Shown: positions 1 to 12,165 of the stretch, piece by piece | How positions within the stretch are numbered: position 1 is the stretch's first letter | How the letters are laid out: every line of letters begins with the position of its first letter | DNA from: Octopus sinensis | Lineage: Eukaryota | Length of the DNA: 64,000 nucleotides | NCBI RefSeq assembly: GCF_006345805.1 | Contig: NC_043007.1 | Location: 13,020,001-13,084,000, forward strand | Direction of reading: 5' to 3' | Position numbers and translations under genes: made by a program | Notes under the pieces: model-generated | Seen by the model: only the letters and a program-made list of their open reading frames with translations | What the model was told of the DNA's origin: nothing | Database searches by the model: none

Positions 1-190
1 CCAAAATGTACGTACGCCGGCCAGATTGGAGCAATCTCGAGTATAACCAGCCGAAATTGCAAAGATAATCTGGAACTCAACTGAGGAAAGAAAACTCCGA
101 ATGACTCGTCTTTGTCTTTTCTTGTCCCCTTTTTTGTATCATCTGTCTGGATGTTTTGCGTTCTTGTCCCCTTTTTTTTGTATTCCTATA
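1..190. repeat. Fragment of a dispersed repeat also present at ~52900-53240 (possibly Penelope-like pLTR)
   Basis: GGCCAGATTGGAGCAATCTCGAG...CAGCCGAAATTGC...CTGAGGA...CGAATGACTCGTC aligns by eye to 53100-53195; both abut (TA)n. Confidence 0.5.
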
Positions 191-394
191 TATATATATA
201 TATATTCTTTTTGCTTCTTTTATATGAATATAAACTATGTTTTTTTTATAAATATGCCTATTATTTTAAGGAAATTATTTTCCCCAAAATACTAGATATT
301 GAACCAGTATTTCCTTGTCTGCATAGAGCGCCGCCTCGCCAAGGGAGATAATCTACTTATCGGAAAGCCCTATACACAGGCTATGAAATTTTGG

Positions 395-540
395 TGGAGC
401 GTGTAAGTCGATTACATCAACCCCAGTGCTCAGCTGGTACTTATTTCATCGATCTCGAAAGGAGGAAAAGCAAAGTGGATCTCGGAGGAATTTGAAATCA
501 GACCGTAAATGCCGCTAAACACTTTGTCCGGCGTTGCTAA
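395..540 (-). mobile_element. Diverged SINE family B (Nin/Deu-domain tRNA-SINE) fragment
   Basis: GTCGATTACATCAACCCCAGTG...CTCGGAGGAATTTGAAATCAG matches the reverse complement of family B. Confidence 0.75.
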
Positions 541-1102
541 CACTACAGTGATCGCGGTCCACATGTTACTGACCTCTGATCCAACACCATGGAAACTAGG
601 CCCCTTACGTCGTTGTTAAATCACAAAATGGGGTTGGCTGGTTGGCTGGATTATGACAGTTTCAGTGGGGGGAGAATGTCTCCAAAAGCCTCCTTAGCGA
701 CCTTACAACTGGAGAAAATGCCAGTAAATTAAGGAACAACGGTAACTGATGTTTAAGTGAGAAAGTTTCCATCTGGAAGTAAATAGGATTCAATGGGTGG
801 CCTCGTCAGGTTTTCTCTTCATCACGACCTCGAGGATGGATAACTTGACAGCCAGGACAGCTGCAGTTGTTATTGTTGCATCGGTCGGTCGTCACAGGTC
901 TATGATCATCAAAGACCTATATGACCAGCGCCGTGCAAACTACGTGCTTTTCTTTCTGACTCCCCCACCTCTCCAATTGTTTCAATGTGCGACATTTCAT
1001 TTTAAAGAAGGTAGTGTGGTTTGTGTGATATGGCTGCTATTTCTAACAGGTCGAGGAGCGATCACATAGAGGAAAATGTGTGTGCGTGTTTGTATGCGTA
1101 TG

Positions 1103-1162
<60 letters not shown>

Positions 1163-1163
<1 letters not shown>

Positions 1164-1300
1164 TCTTTACTCTTTTACTTGTTTCAGTCATTTGACTGCG
1201 GCCATGCTGGAGCACCGCCTTTAGTCGAGCAAATCGAGCCCGTGACTTATTCTTTGTAAGCCCAGTACTTATTCTATCGGTCTCTTTTGCCGAACCGCTA
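1163..1300 (-). mobile_element. SINE family A 3' fragment
   Basis: CTCTTTTACTTGTTTCAGTCATTTGACTGCGGCCATGCTGGAGCACCGCC is the reverse complement of the family A tail. Confidence 0.85.
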
Positions 1301-1322
1301 GGTATATATATATACTATACCG

Positions 1323-1360
<38 letters not shown>

Positions 1361-1483
1361 CAGAATGTTAACGAAATAAGAAGGTGCGTCCCGTTACATT
1401 AAACAATATGTTTATAACAGTATACGGAAGTACAAACGGAACAAACAGAAAATGTCGATAAATCCACTTCAGTTATCGTCCAA

Positions 1484-2289
1484 AGTGACTGTATGGTAAG
1501 TAGCTTGCTTACTAACCACATGGTTCTGGGTTCAGTCCCACTGCGTGGCATCTTGGGCAAGTGTCTTCTACTATAGTCTCGGGCCGACCAAAGCCTTGTG
1601 AGTGGATTTGGTAGACGGAAACTGAAAGAAGCCCGTCGTATATATTACTCTTTACTCTTTTACTTGTTTCAGTCATTTGACTGCGGCCATGCTGGAGCAC
1701 CGCCTTTAGTCGAGCAACTCGACCCCGGGACTTATTCTTTTTTGTAAGCCCAGTACTTATTCTATCGGTCTCTTTTGCCGAACCGCTAAGTGACGGGGAC
1801 GTAAACACACCAGCATCGGTTGCCAAGCAATGCTAGGGGGGACAAATACAGGCACACAAACACACACACATACATATATACATATACATATATACGACAG
1901 GCTTCTTTCAGTTTCTGTCTACCAAATCCACTCAGAAGGCATTGGTCGGCCCGGGGCTATAGCAGAAGACACTTGCCCAAGATGCCACGCAGTGGGACTG
2001 AACCCGGAACCATGTGGTTGGTTAGCAAGCTACTTACCACACAGCCACTCCTGCGCCTATATATGTATATATATATATGTGTGTGTGTGTGTGTTTGTGT
2101 GTCTGTGTTTATCCCCCTAGCATTGCTTGACAACCGATGCTTGTGTGGTTAAGTCAACTAGCGGTTCGGCAAAACAGACCGATAGAATAAGTACTGAGCT
2201 TACAAAGAATAAGTCCCAGGGTCGATTTGCCCGACTAAAGGCGGTGCTCCAGCATGGCCGCAGTCAAATGACTGAAACAAGTAAAAGAG

Positions 2290-2290
<1 letters not shown>
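1484..2290 (+). mobile_element. SINE family A (tRNA-derived head, CORE-like CCTTGGGCAAG motif, internal TA/TG microsatellite, CR1-like tail), interrupted by an inverted family A copy
   Basis: The 5' half (1484-1640) and 3' half (2075-2290) together make one full copy. Pol III A/B-box-like TGGCTGTGTGG / GGTTCAGTCCC. Confidence 0.85.
1648..2058 (-). mobile_element. Full-length SINE family A, nested
   Basis: Complete head-to-tail reverse-complement match to 11768-12165. Confidence 0.9.
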
Positions 2291-2338
<48 letters not shown>

Positions 2339-2471
2339 TCCAGTGTCACGTTAAGAACACCCAATACACAGATTGGAACCTGGTGCAGCTCTCCAACATG
2401 CGAACTCTGGTCAAACAGTTCTACAAATGCCAGCTTGAAAAACGGACGTTAAAGGATGATCATGATGATAC

Positions 2472-2517
<46 letters not shown>

Positions 2518-2550
2518 GGTAAGGAGGTACATACGTATATTTGTAGATAT

Positions 2551-2690
2551 GTGAAAGCGCGTGGCCTACTGGTTAGCATATTTGGTTCACGATCGTGAAG
2601 GCGTGGTTTCGATTCCCGGGGGCGTGTTATACTCTTAAGCAAGACACTTTATTTCACATTAGTCCAGTTTTACTCAATTGGCAAAAATAG
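2551..2690 (+). mobile_element. SINE family D head and CORE domain (diverged)
   Basis: GCGTGGCCTACTGGTTAG...GTTTCGATTCCCGG...AGCAAGACACTTTATTTCAC. Confidence 0.7.
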
Positions 2691-2954
2691 ATATGCATAC
2701 AAATGTATATAAATGCGTGTGTATGTATGTATGTATGTGTATATACAGTATGTATGTATGTGTATATACAGTATGTATATACAGTATGTATGTATGTGTA
2801 TATACAGTATGTATATACAGTATGTATGTATGTATGTGTATATACAGGGTGATTGAAAAGTAACTCCCTATTTTAAAATACAAATTAATTATTAATTGTA
2901 ATTTTTACAAAAAAATGGATACGAGAGGAAAGCCTTTTAGTATGAGGTTTTATC

Positions 2955-3220
2955 TAAAATTCGATATGGGCTCCAGGTGTCGCCACCAGCTTCTTGAGTT
3001 ACCCAGGAATTGCATCAACTGATTTCACCAGGAAGTCTTGTGAGATGCAAGAAGACATAACTTCTCATATTCGCCCTTCAAGTTCTTTATCAACCCCAAA
3101 GAATGATGCCACGGGATGTTTAAATCGGGACTCCTCGCTGGCCACTAATGCGGACCATGACGACCCATACATCTCCTAGGGAAGTGGGCATTCAACCATT
3201 CACGAACGACAAGAGCAATA
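2955..3220 (-). pseudogene. Transposase C-terminal remnant with stops and a frameshift
   Basis: ALVVREWLNAHFPRRCMGRHGPH*WPARSPDL ... ELEGRI*EVMSS..SQDFLVKSVDAIPG*LKKLVATPGAHIEF*. The WPxRSPDL motif is typical of Tc1/mariner catalytic domains. Confidence 0.8.
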
Positions 3221-3257
3221 CAATTAAAGAATATATTCTCATACTTCAAAAAAATTA

Positions 3258-3766
3258 CAGTAAATCCTCAAGTATAATCCGCATTTCCCCACCAAAATTT
3301 AAAAGTCAAAATCCCTAGTGCGTACTATATACGAGGTTGAAAATGAAAATTATTTTCTAAGCAATGTCCGAGTCTCTATTTGCTGTCCGGCAATGTTTAT
3401 TCAGACGCATTTTGTGATGTCGGGCGCGAAAATACCTTAAGCTAAGCCTGAAAGCAATGAAGTCATAAAAGAATCATCCATAACTTGCAATAAGCAACAT
3501 TTATTAAACGTTATTACTGTTATTTCTTTATTTTCTGCAAACAAAATGCACAAAAAAGCTACACGTTTGCATTATGTTATATATGCAATAATAATAAAGG
3601 ACGTTACCGTATACATTTTTACAAACCAAGGATGTTATATAGACCTCCTTGACTCAAGTTAGAGGAGTGCGTGTTATACACAAGGTTTAGGTTTTTCAGA
3701 GGTACAGCCCCCTAAAAATCCCCAGCGTATTATACTCAAGGGTGGACTATACTCGAGGATTTACGG
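3258..3766. mobile_element. TA-flanked MITE (pogo/Tc2-like termini) nested in the Tc1/mariner relic
   Basis: TIRs CAGTAAATCCTCAAGTATAATCC / GGACTATACTCGAGGATTTACGG, with TA each side. Confidence 0.75.
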
Positions 3767-3883
3767 TAGTTAAATAATTTATAAGTATTTTAAAATAGGG
3801 AGTTACTGTTCAATCACTTTGTATATATATATTCAGGATTAAGTAAAAAGACAACAAACGGAAAATATGACATACCCATGTAT

Positions 3884-4255
3884 TCTTTTATTTGTTTCAG
3901 TCATTTGACTGCGGCCATGCTGGAGCACCGCCTTTAGTCAAGCAAATCGAGCCCCAGAACTTACTCTTTGTAAGCCTAGTACTTATTCTGTCGGTCTCTT
4001 TTGCCAAGTTTCGGGGACGTAAACCCACCAGCATCGGTTGTCAAGCGATGTTAAGGGGGTGGCAAATACAGACACACAAACACACACATATGACGGGTTT
4101 CTTTCAGTTTCCGTCTACCAAATCCAACTCACAAGGCTTTGGTCGGCCCGAGACTATAGAAGGAGACACTTGCCCAAGATGCCACGCAGTGGGACTGAAC
4201 CCGGAACCATGTGGTTGGTAACCAAGCTACTTACCGCACAGCCACTCCTGCACCT
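3884..4255 (-). mobile_element. SINE family A
   Basis: Full reverse-complement match to the family. Confidence 0.9.
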
Positions 4256-4469
4256 ACACACACACACACACACACACACAACACACACACACATACATAT
4301 ATTTAAAACGTGTAGTAAAAAAAAAACATACTCAGACGAACGGAAAACACAGATCACCAACTCCTTCAGTTCTCGGCCAGAGGGTGAAGCGCAATACTTA
4401 AACACACACACATTTATCTGTATATACTTATATATACATATGTTTGTGTGTGTATATATATATATATAT

Positions 4470-4701
4470 ATTTCTTTACTACCCACAAGGGGCTAAACAC
4501 AGAGCAGACAAACAAGGACAGACAAAGGATTAAGTCGATTACATCGACCCCAGTGCGTAACTGGTACTTAATTTATCGACCCCGGAAGGATGAAAGGCAA
4601 AGTCGACCTCGGCGGAATTTGAACTCGGAACGTAACGGCAGACGAAATACAGCAACGCATTTCGCCCGGCGTGCTAACGTTTCTGCCAAGCTCGCCGCCT
4701 T
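4470..4701 (-). mobile_element. SINE family B monomer with tail 1
   Basis: Head GGCGGCGAGCT..., B box GAGTTCAAATTCC, Nin/Deu-like GTCGACTTTGCCTTTCATCCTT..GGGGTCGATAAATTAAGTACC. Confidence 0.9.
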
Positions 4702-5049
4702 CATATATATATATATATCGTGTGTGTGTGTGTGTGTTTATGCACATATATGTATGTGTTTGTATATGTGCATGTACACACACACACAACACCAGAAGTA
4801 GTAGCCAAATATATCGCGGAGATCACCTCATCGTGCCTTAAAAGGACAGTGTGGTGGTCACGAATAGAATGTTACTGATCATAAGTATCCTTTACAAGTG
4901 CTGCCCCTGTCCTGTGTAAACTGAACACCATGCATTGCCAGTATGCAGCTCTTGTGAGATTTGCAAACAGCTGACTTCATAGCAGTGTCCATTGCATAAC
5001 ATAATTTGTGTCATAGAACGCATTTGCGCGCGTAGCTATCTTTAATCAT

Positions 5050-5418
5050 TTGTTTGTTGTAGTCATTAGACTGTGGCCATGTTGCAGCAACCGCCTTGAA
5101 GAAGAGTTTTTAAGACTTATTTTTTTGTTAAGCCTAGTACCTTTTTTTTTATTGTTTTTTTTTTTTCTTTTGCCGAACTGCTAAGTTGCGAGGACGTAAA
5201 CACACCATCACTAGTTGCCGAGCGATGATGACACACACACACACACACAAAGATAGGAGGGACTTCTTTCAGTTTCCGCCTTTGAAATCCTCTCACGCGG
5301 CTTTAGTCGGCCCGAGGCTACAGTAGAAGACACTTGCCCAAGGTGGTATGCAGTGGGACTGAACTCGAAACCACGGAGTTGGGAAGTCACACAGCCATGC
5401 CTGAGCCTATATAAGTGA

Positions 5419-5456
<38 letters not shown>

Positions 5457-5600
5457 TCATGTTTCACTTTTATTTTTCATTTGATTGCGGCTATGCTGGA
5501 GCACCGCCTTTAGTCGAACAAATCGACCCAAATGACATACTTTGTAAACCTAGTACTTATTTTATCGGTCTCTTTTGCCGAACCGCAAAGTTACAGGGAT
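5050..5600 (-). mobile_element. Two diverged SINE family A copies (5050-5408; 3' part at 5465-5600)
   Basis: Recognisable head, CORE and tail blocks with many substitutions. Confidence 0.8.
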
Positions 5601-6155
5601 AGTCGATAAATTAAGTACCAATGAAAAATTGGGGGGGAGGGTCGATGTAATGGACTAGTCCCCTCCTATAAAATTTCAGGCCTTGTGTCTTTAGTTGAAA
5701 GGGTTATTGTTATTATTATTTAGGTGGCGAATTGGTAGAATCGTTACCCGGGTAATACCCGGGCAAAACGTTGAGCAGTATTTCGTCCGTCTTCACGTTC
5801 TGAGTTCAAATTCCACCGAGGTCAACTTTGACTTTCATCCTTCCAGAGTCGTTGAAATAAGTACCAGTGAAACATTGGGGTCGGTGTAATCGACAATCTC
5901 CCTCCCCCAAAATTTCAGGCCTTGTGCCTATAGTAAAAAGGATCATCATCGTCAACTGACAGAATCGTTAGCACGCCAGGCAAAATGTTTAGCGGCATTT
6001 CGTCCCGTCTTTACGTTCTGAGTTCAAATTCCGCCGAAGTCGACTTTGCCATTCATCCTTTCGGGGTTGATAAAGGTTGATGTAATCAACTAGTCCCCTC
6101 CCCCAAAATTTCAAGGCCTTGTGCCTTCACTTCAGTAGAAAGGATTATTATTATT
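5600..6155 (+). mobile_element. Three tandem SINE family B units with tail 2
   Basis: Repeated ...TCCCCCAAAATTTCAGGCCTTGTG...AAAGGATTATT tails. Confidence 0.8.
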
Positions 6156-6584
6156 ATTTCTTTGTCAGAAGAGGAAGTCCAGCAACCTCGGGTGGCGGAG
6201 TTTTGGGAATAGTTATTATCTCTATGTCCCATACACCAAGGCATAGGAAAACGGGCACAAAAAAAAAAAGAAAAATTTGATTTTTAAAATGTTTGCCCTC
6301 GTCTCCCCGCCACACTTTTGCACCTTTCACCCATAAACCTTTTTCGAGGAATCGCCAAAGACACACAAGGGCCAGGCCGTAGTGTTAAATCGATCGGACA
6401 GTGGAATGATTATAAATATATGGACTTCGGCCAAACTCTATACTTTGACACTCTCTATTATGGGTTTGCGTCTAAATAAAATTGTAAAACTGACAACTAT
6501 ACATACATACACACACACACACAAATATCAATATATACATAAATAATATATATATATATCCCCTTCACCTCTCTTTATATATAT

Positions 6585-7208
6585 ACTCTTTTATTCGTTT
6601 ACTGGTTTCCATAATTTGACTGCGACCATGCTGGAGCACCGCCTTTTAGTCGAACAAATCGATCCCAGGACTTTATTCTTTGTAAGCCTAGTACTTATTC
6701 TATCGGTCTCTTTTGCCGAACCGCCAAGTTACGGGAACGTAAACACACCAACATATATATAAGCCTGTATATATGTATATATATATAAGGCTTTGGTCGG
6801 CCCGAGGCTATAGTAGGAGACACTTGCCCAAGGTGTCACGCAGTGGGACTGAACCCAGAATCTTGTGGATGGGAAGCAAGCTTCTTACCATAGCCACTCC
6901 GCCTGTATATTATCTTTTATCGGTTTCAATCATTAGTCTGCGGCCATGCTGGGGCACCGACGTGAATTTTTAGTCGAATGAATCGACCCCAGTACTCGTT
7001 TTTTACTTATTCTATCTCTAAGTTACGGGGATGTAAACACACCCACACCGGTGATAGGGGTGGGGTGGACAAACACAGATACACACATAGACATATATGT
7101 ACGACGGGCTTCTTTCAGTTTCCGTTATCTAAATCCACTCAGAAGGCTTTGGTCGGCCCGAGGCTATAGTAGAAGACACTTGCTCAAGGTGCCACGCAGT
7201 GGGACTGA
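6585..7208 (-). mobile_element. Two SINE family A copies (6585-6905, 6915-7208) with internal deletions
   Basis: Family tail and CORE/head blocks. Confidence 0.8.
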
Positions 7209-7271
7209 TATATATATATATATATATATATTATTTAGAGATAGTAGTCCCCTATATATATATATAGTCGT

Positions 7272-7670
7272 AGGAGTGGCTTGTGATAAGTAGCTTGCTT
7301 ACGAACCACATGGTTCTGGGTTCAGTCCCACTGCCTGGCACCTTGGGCAGGTGTCTTCTACTATTCTACTATAGCCTCGGGCCGACCAAAGCCTTGTGAG
7401 TGGATTTGGTAGACGGAAACTGAAAGAAGCCCGTTCTATATATACATATATATGTATGTACGTATGTATGTATGTATGTGTTTGTGTGTGTGTCCCCAAC
7501 ATCACTTGACAACCGATGCTAGTGTGTTTACGCCCCCGTAATTTAGCGGCTCGGCAAAACAGACCGATAGAATAAGTACTAGGTTTACAAAGAATAAGTC
7601 CAAGGGGTCGATTCGCTCGGCTAAATAAAGGCAATACTCCAGCATGGCCACGGTCAAATGACTGAAACAA
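7272..7670 (+). mobile_element. SINE family A
   Basis: Near full-length match. Confidence 0.85.
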
Positions 7671-8410
7671 GATTTCTACTTCACATATTTCCCAAACTTT
7701 GTCTTTCCTATTCATTCTTTACGAACACTATCGTAAACATATAAATACTGATATTCACACACATCGAAAATACTTCACGTATAAACAAACACGGTTTTTT
7801 TATATATACATTTACACCATCATTCCGTAAATATAAACGCTTCGTTTTTCTTTTATACTTATATATACACCCACACTTTTCTTTTCCCGTACACATATAA
7901 ACCGCTTTCCATACACCACTTATAAACACTTGGTTTCTCAAACAAATCTAATTAACCGGTCTTTGAGATACTTCTCTCTCTCTCTCTCTATAAACACTTT
8001 TGGCGGAGTTCCGATGCGATTTATACACACACTCGCATAGGCATAGAAGCACATATATATAAAATAACAAAATAATGAATAAAATATACGCATATATACG
8101 TACATACCTACATCTATATGTATATATATACATGCATATATAGGTACAGGACACACAAAAAAAACAACAACATTAAAAGACCAACAAATACAACCGACTA
8201 CAAAAGTTCCATCCACCCTACATGAACTATCTCGTTCTTGTTCGGGTAGGTAGTAAATAGATTTTGGTTGAAGATATACATGAAGAATTTATACGACAAA
8301 CTGTTCAGTACACATCGCATTTTGAAGTAAATTCCATCGACTATTAATTACAGCCACCGGCTTAATTCAATATATACATACATAACATACGTAGTCACAA
8401 ATATATAAAT

Positions 8411-8439
<29 letters not shown>

Positions 8440-8441
<2 letters not shown>

Positions 8442-8755
8442 AGTAATACTAAGTAATTAAGGGTTTAGCAACGATTTGCCTCACCACACACCGAATTTAG
8501 AAATAGCAGTCAAAGAGTTTTGGCTATTCTTTCTACTTAAAGGGGAGATCCCAGTAAGTAGAAAGAATAGCCAAAAACTCTTTGACTGCTATTTCTAAAT
8601 TCGGTGTGTGGTGAGGCAAATCGTTGCTAAACCCTTAATTACTTAGTATTACTTAAACCTTCCTTGAATGGGGCTTTTACATGCCGAAATCTACTACTTG
8701 GTGAAATTAATGATTATTCCAAATTAATTGATTTCACCCTGTATTATTATTGATA
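8440..8755. mobile_element. Foldback element with ~100-bp near-perfect inverted arms (Penelope-like remnant)
   Basis: Arms 8440-8539 and 8555-8655 with a 15-nt spacer. Same family as 15872-16232. (TA)n flanks. Confidence 0.65.
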
Positions 8756-9249
8756 AAAATATATATATATATATATTTATATATACACACACGTCTATAT
8801 AAGTGCACACACAAACGTAAAAATACGCGCGCAGACATTTATATATGCAATAGAAAAGGTATTTTGTTTACATACCCGAATGGTCCGATGTATGTAGACA
8901 TCAATGAAGCTTAGACTGCAAAGACACGTGGGTATGTAAATAGAATCCCGTGAAACAATTGACAACGTACGTGTGTGTGTTTGAGTGTGTATATATATCT
9001 GTATATAAATATATATGTAGATGAGTGTGTGCGTGTGATCTGTTACCACAGTTGCAGAGTATAAAGTGGCCTTTTGTTTCGTCTTCTTTTGAAACACAGA
9101 AGCTGAAGCAGAAGAGATGGAGCTGGAGAAGGATAAAGTAAGGAGGAGGACCACCGGCTATCGAGGCTAACCCTCTCCTCGTTTCACGAATGCTTGGCTC
9201 ACTTCTACACTCACACACACACACGCACTTACACATACACACACACCTC

Positions 9250-9590
9250 ACTCTTGTCTCTCTCTCTCTCACTCTCTCACCGCTCACTACTCCACACACG
9301 CTCGCACGCACGCAAATAGACGTACACATATACTGTACAACATACACAAGTTGCTTACACATGCGTCACATACACGCATACGCACACTCTTGTCTCTCGC
9401 CTCTCACTACTCCACACACGCACGCACGCACACACACGTACACATATACACAAGTTACTTGCACATACGTCACACACACGCTCTTGTCTCTCTCACCGCT
9501 CACTACTCCATACACACACACATACGTACACTCGTGCACATACACTGTACAGCACACACAAGTCACTTACACATACGTCACACGCACGCA
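9250..9590. repeat. Degenerate ~100-130-bp tandem repeat, 3 copies
   Basis: CTCTTGTCTCTC..CTCACTACTCCA...GTACAC...CACAAGTYRCTT.CACAT.CGTCAC recurs three times. Confidence 0.7.
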
Positions 9591-10537
9591 CACACATACG
9601 AACGCGTTAGTATTCTCCTCCCTCCCTTCCTCTCTATCTCTCTCTCTACTCCTCATCTCCCTCCCGCCTTCGCATCTTTCTCCCTCCTCCTCCTCCTCCC
9701 TCTTCAGCCTCACGCTTTCTCCCACCCTCTCGTCCTCTCTCTTACACACTCTCTTCTTCCTAAGTCACCTCCCACATTGCAGTTCCTCCTCCGATCCTTC
9801 TCGGACGAAGGTTCGCGCTGCTTGCTGCCCCGAGAACTTTAAAATATCCTTTCTTCACCCACAAGGGCAAGCAAGACATTGGGAGGAGGCCCCGCGGCTC
9901 GCTAAAATATCGTCTATTGACAGAATCGATTCTTATCGCCATAGAGACCACCACCACTCAGGAATCTCCCCGTTCACCGTGGTTTTCTCGTATTTCTTTC
10001 ATTATCTTTGATTTCTGCGTACGTTTCTTACTCTTTTTTTTTCTGTGTTTGTCTATCTGTCTGTCTCTTCCCCTGTCTGTCTGCCGCCTCTCTCATTTTC
10101 TCTCTCTCTCCTCTCTCTCAATATCTCAGTTTATAATAATTGGACGCGAAGGCCAATAATTTGCAGTACTCCAAGTTCTGCTAAGTTCTTTATTCGTTTT
10201 ATTTTGAAATAAGTTTGTGTGGTCTGTGAGAGATGAGGGCGAGAGAGAGAGAGAGAGAGAGATGAGGGCGAGAGAGAGAGAGAGAGAGAGATAATGAATG
10301 AGTTCTGGACAGTAACCACTTTGTTTTGTGTAATCTTTCTCGAAGAACACATTAACAAACTTTTATTATTTCTTCTTCCATGTACGTTGGTCATAACTGG
10401 TTTTCTTTAGGGTTTGTAGTTTTTGTTTATTTTATTCAATGATTTACCTAGTTTTCCAAATAAATTGGGTAAATTTTTTCCACCTCACCCCTACACTTTT
10501 CACCCCCCCCCCCAAAAAATGACCATGAATTGTTTTC

Positions 10538-10963
10538 GCATCTTTTCGGTTTGAACGGCAGTTTTTAAACATAATTTCCACGTAACTAAAAAAATTTAAA
10601 CTTCGTATATTGGTAAAATGTGTTTATAAAACACTCTTTTTTTCTCTTGGTTTTATTGAGAAAATTCTATAGTTTGTAACATATTCGTTGTTTTTTTTTT
10701 CTTCAATTTCTGCAATTTCAACCAATCAATGACGTCTATTGAGGTAAAATAAACATTCTGTGCCGTTATGAATATGTCCCTCGTTTAAGAAACAGATTGG
10801 ATTTATTTACATTTGTGAAGAAAAAAAGATACCCTTCCCCCCACCCCTAACCCTAACCCTAAAACAGATTGAAATGCAATAGATCGATACTAGGGTCATA
10901 ATTATGGGTGACAATTTCACATGACACCGCTAGAAAAAACTGCCGTTCAAACCGAAAAGATCC
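10538..10963. mobile_element. MITE with ~26-bp TIRs and internal (CCCTAA)3
   Basis: ATCTTTTCGGTTTGAACGGCAGTTTT ... AAAACTGCCGTTCAAACCGAAAAGAT. Confidence 0.8.
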
Positions 10964-11108
10964 CTGGTTTTCTTTAGGGGGTGTTGCAGTATTTGTTTAT
11001 TTTATTGAATGATTTACCTAGTTTTCCAAATAAATTGGGTAAGTTTTTACCACCTCACCCCTACACTTTTCACCCCCCCCCCCCAAAAAATGACCATGAA
11101 TTGTTTTC

Positions 11109-11527
11109 GCATCTTTTCGGTTTTGAACGGCAGTTTTTAACAATTTCCACGTAACTAAAAAAATTTAAACTTCGTATATTGGTAGAATGTGTTTATAAAA
11201 CATCTTTTTCTCTTGGTTTTATTGAGAAAATTCTATAGTTTGTAACATATTCGTTGTTTTTTTTTTCTTCAATTTCTGCAATTTCAACCAATCATGGACG
11301 TCTATTGAGGTAAAATAACATTCTGTGCTGCCGTTATGAATATGTCCCGCGTTTAAGAAACAGATTGAATTATTTACATTTGTGAAGAAAAAAAGATACC
11401 CTTCCCCCACCCTACCCTAACCCTAAAACAGATTGAAATGCAATAGATCGATACTAGGGTCATAATTATGGGTGACAATTTCACATGACACCGCTAGAAA
11501 AAACTGCCGTTCAAACCGAAAAGATCC
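11109..11527. mobile_element. Second, tandem copy of the same MITE
   Basis: Near-identical to 10538-10963 apart from small indels. Confidence 0.8.
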
Positions 11528-11767
11528 CTGGTTTTCTTTAGGGGGTGTTGCAGTATTTGTTTATTTTATTGAATGATTTACCTAGTTTTCCAAATAAATT
11601 GGGTAAGTTTTTACCACCTCACCCCTACACTTTTCACAAAAAAAAAAAAGTAAAGAAAAAAATTACCATGAATTGTTTTCGTCTCACGTCTTTTTCCGCT
11701 CGAAAACAAAATCAAAATTCCAAACAAAAATACATTTACACTCGTTCCTGCCTGCATTCGTATACAT

Positions 11768-12165
11768 AGGTGCAGGAGTGGCTGTGTGGTAAGTAGCTTG
11801 TCTACTAGCCACATGGTTCCGGGTTCAGTCCCACTGCGTGGCACCTTGGGCAAGTGTCTTCTACTATAGCCTCGGGCCGACCAAAGCCTTGTGAGTGGAT
11901 TTGGTAGACGGAAACTGAAAGAAGCCCGTCGTATATATGTATATATATATATATATATAAATATGCGTGTTTGTGTGTCTGTGTTTGTCCCCTAGCATTG
12001 CTTGACAACCGATGCTGGTGTGTTTATGTCCCCGTTACTTAGCGGTTCGGCAAAAGAGACCGATAGAATAAGTACTGGGCTTACAAAAGAATAAGTCCCG
12101 GGGTCGAGTTGCTCGATTAAAGGCGGTGCTCCAGCATGGCCGCAGTCAAATGACGGAAAAGAGAG
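11768..12165 (+). mobile_element. Full-length SINE family A
   Basis: GGTGCAGGAGTGGCTGTGTGGTAAG ... GGCGGTGCTCCAGCATGGCCGCAGTCAAATGAC. Confidence 0.92.

Larger units (their letters stand above)
2845..3821 (-). mobile_element. Internally deleted Tc1/mariner-superfamily DNA transposon (rosa/DD41D-like)
   Basis: ~37-bp TIRs CAGGGTGATTGAAAAGTAACTCCCTATTTTAAAATAC with TA on both sides, plus a decayed transposase C-terminus. Confidence 0.85.

Noticed and set aside
760-820. Minus-strand CTGACGA...GAAAC
   Set aside because: No helix I, cleavage triplet or helix II consistent with any hammerhead topology.
9190-10011. 273-aa ORF
   Set aside because: Mostly (CA)n/(CT)n-derived H/T/S/L low complexity; no domain recognisable.
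10845-10865. (CCCTAA)3 as a telomere
   Set aside because: Three units only, internal to a MITE.
11768-11840. tRNA genes at SINE heads (also 31410-31480, 43415-43485, 59711-59765)
   Set aside because: A/B boxes are present, but no complete cloverleaf; each continues into a SINE body.
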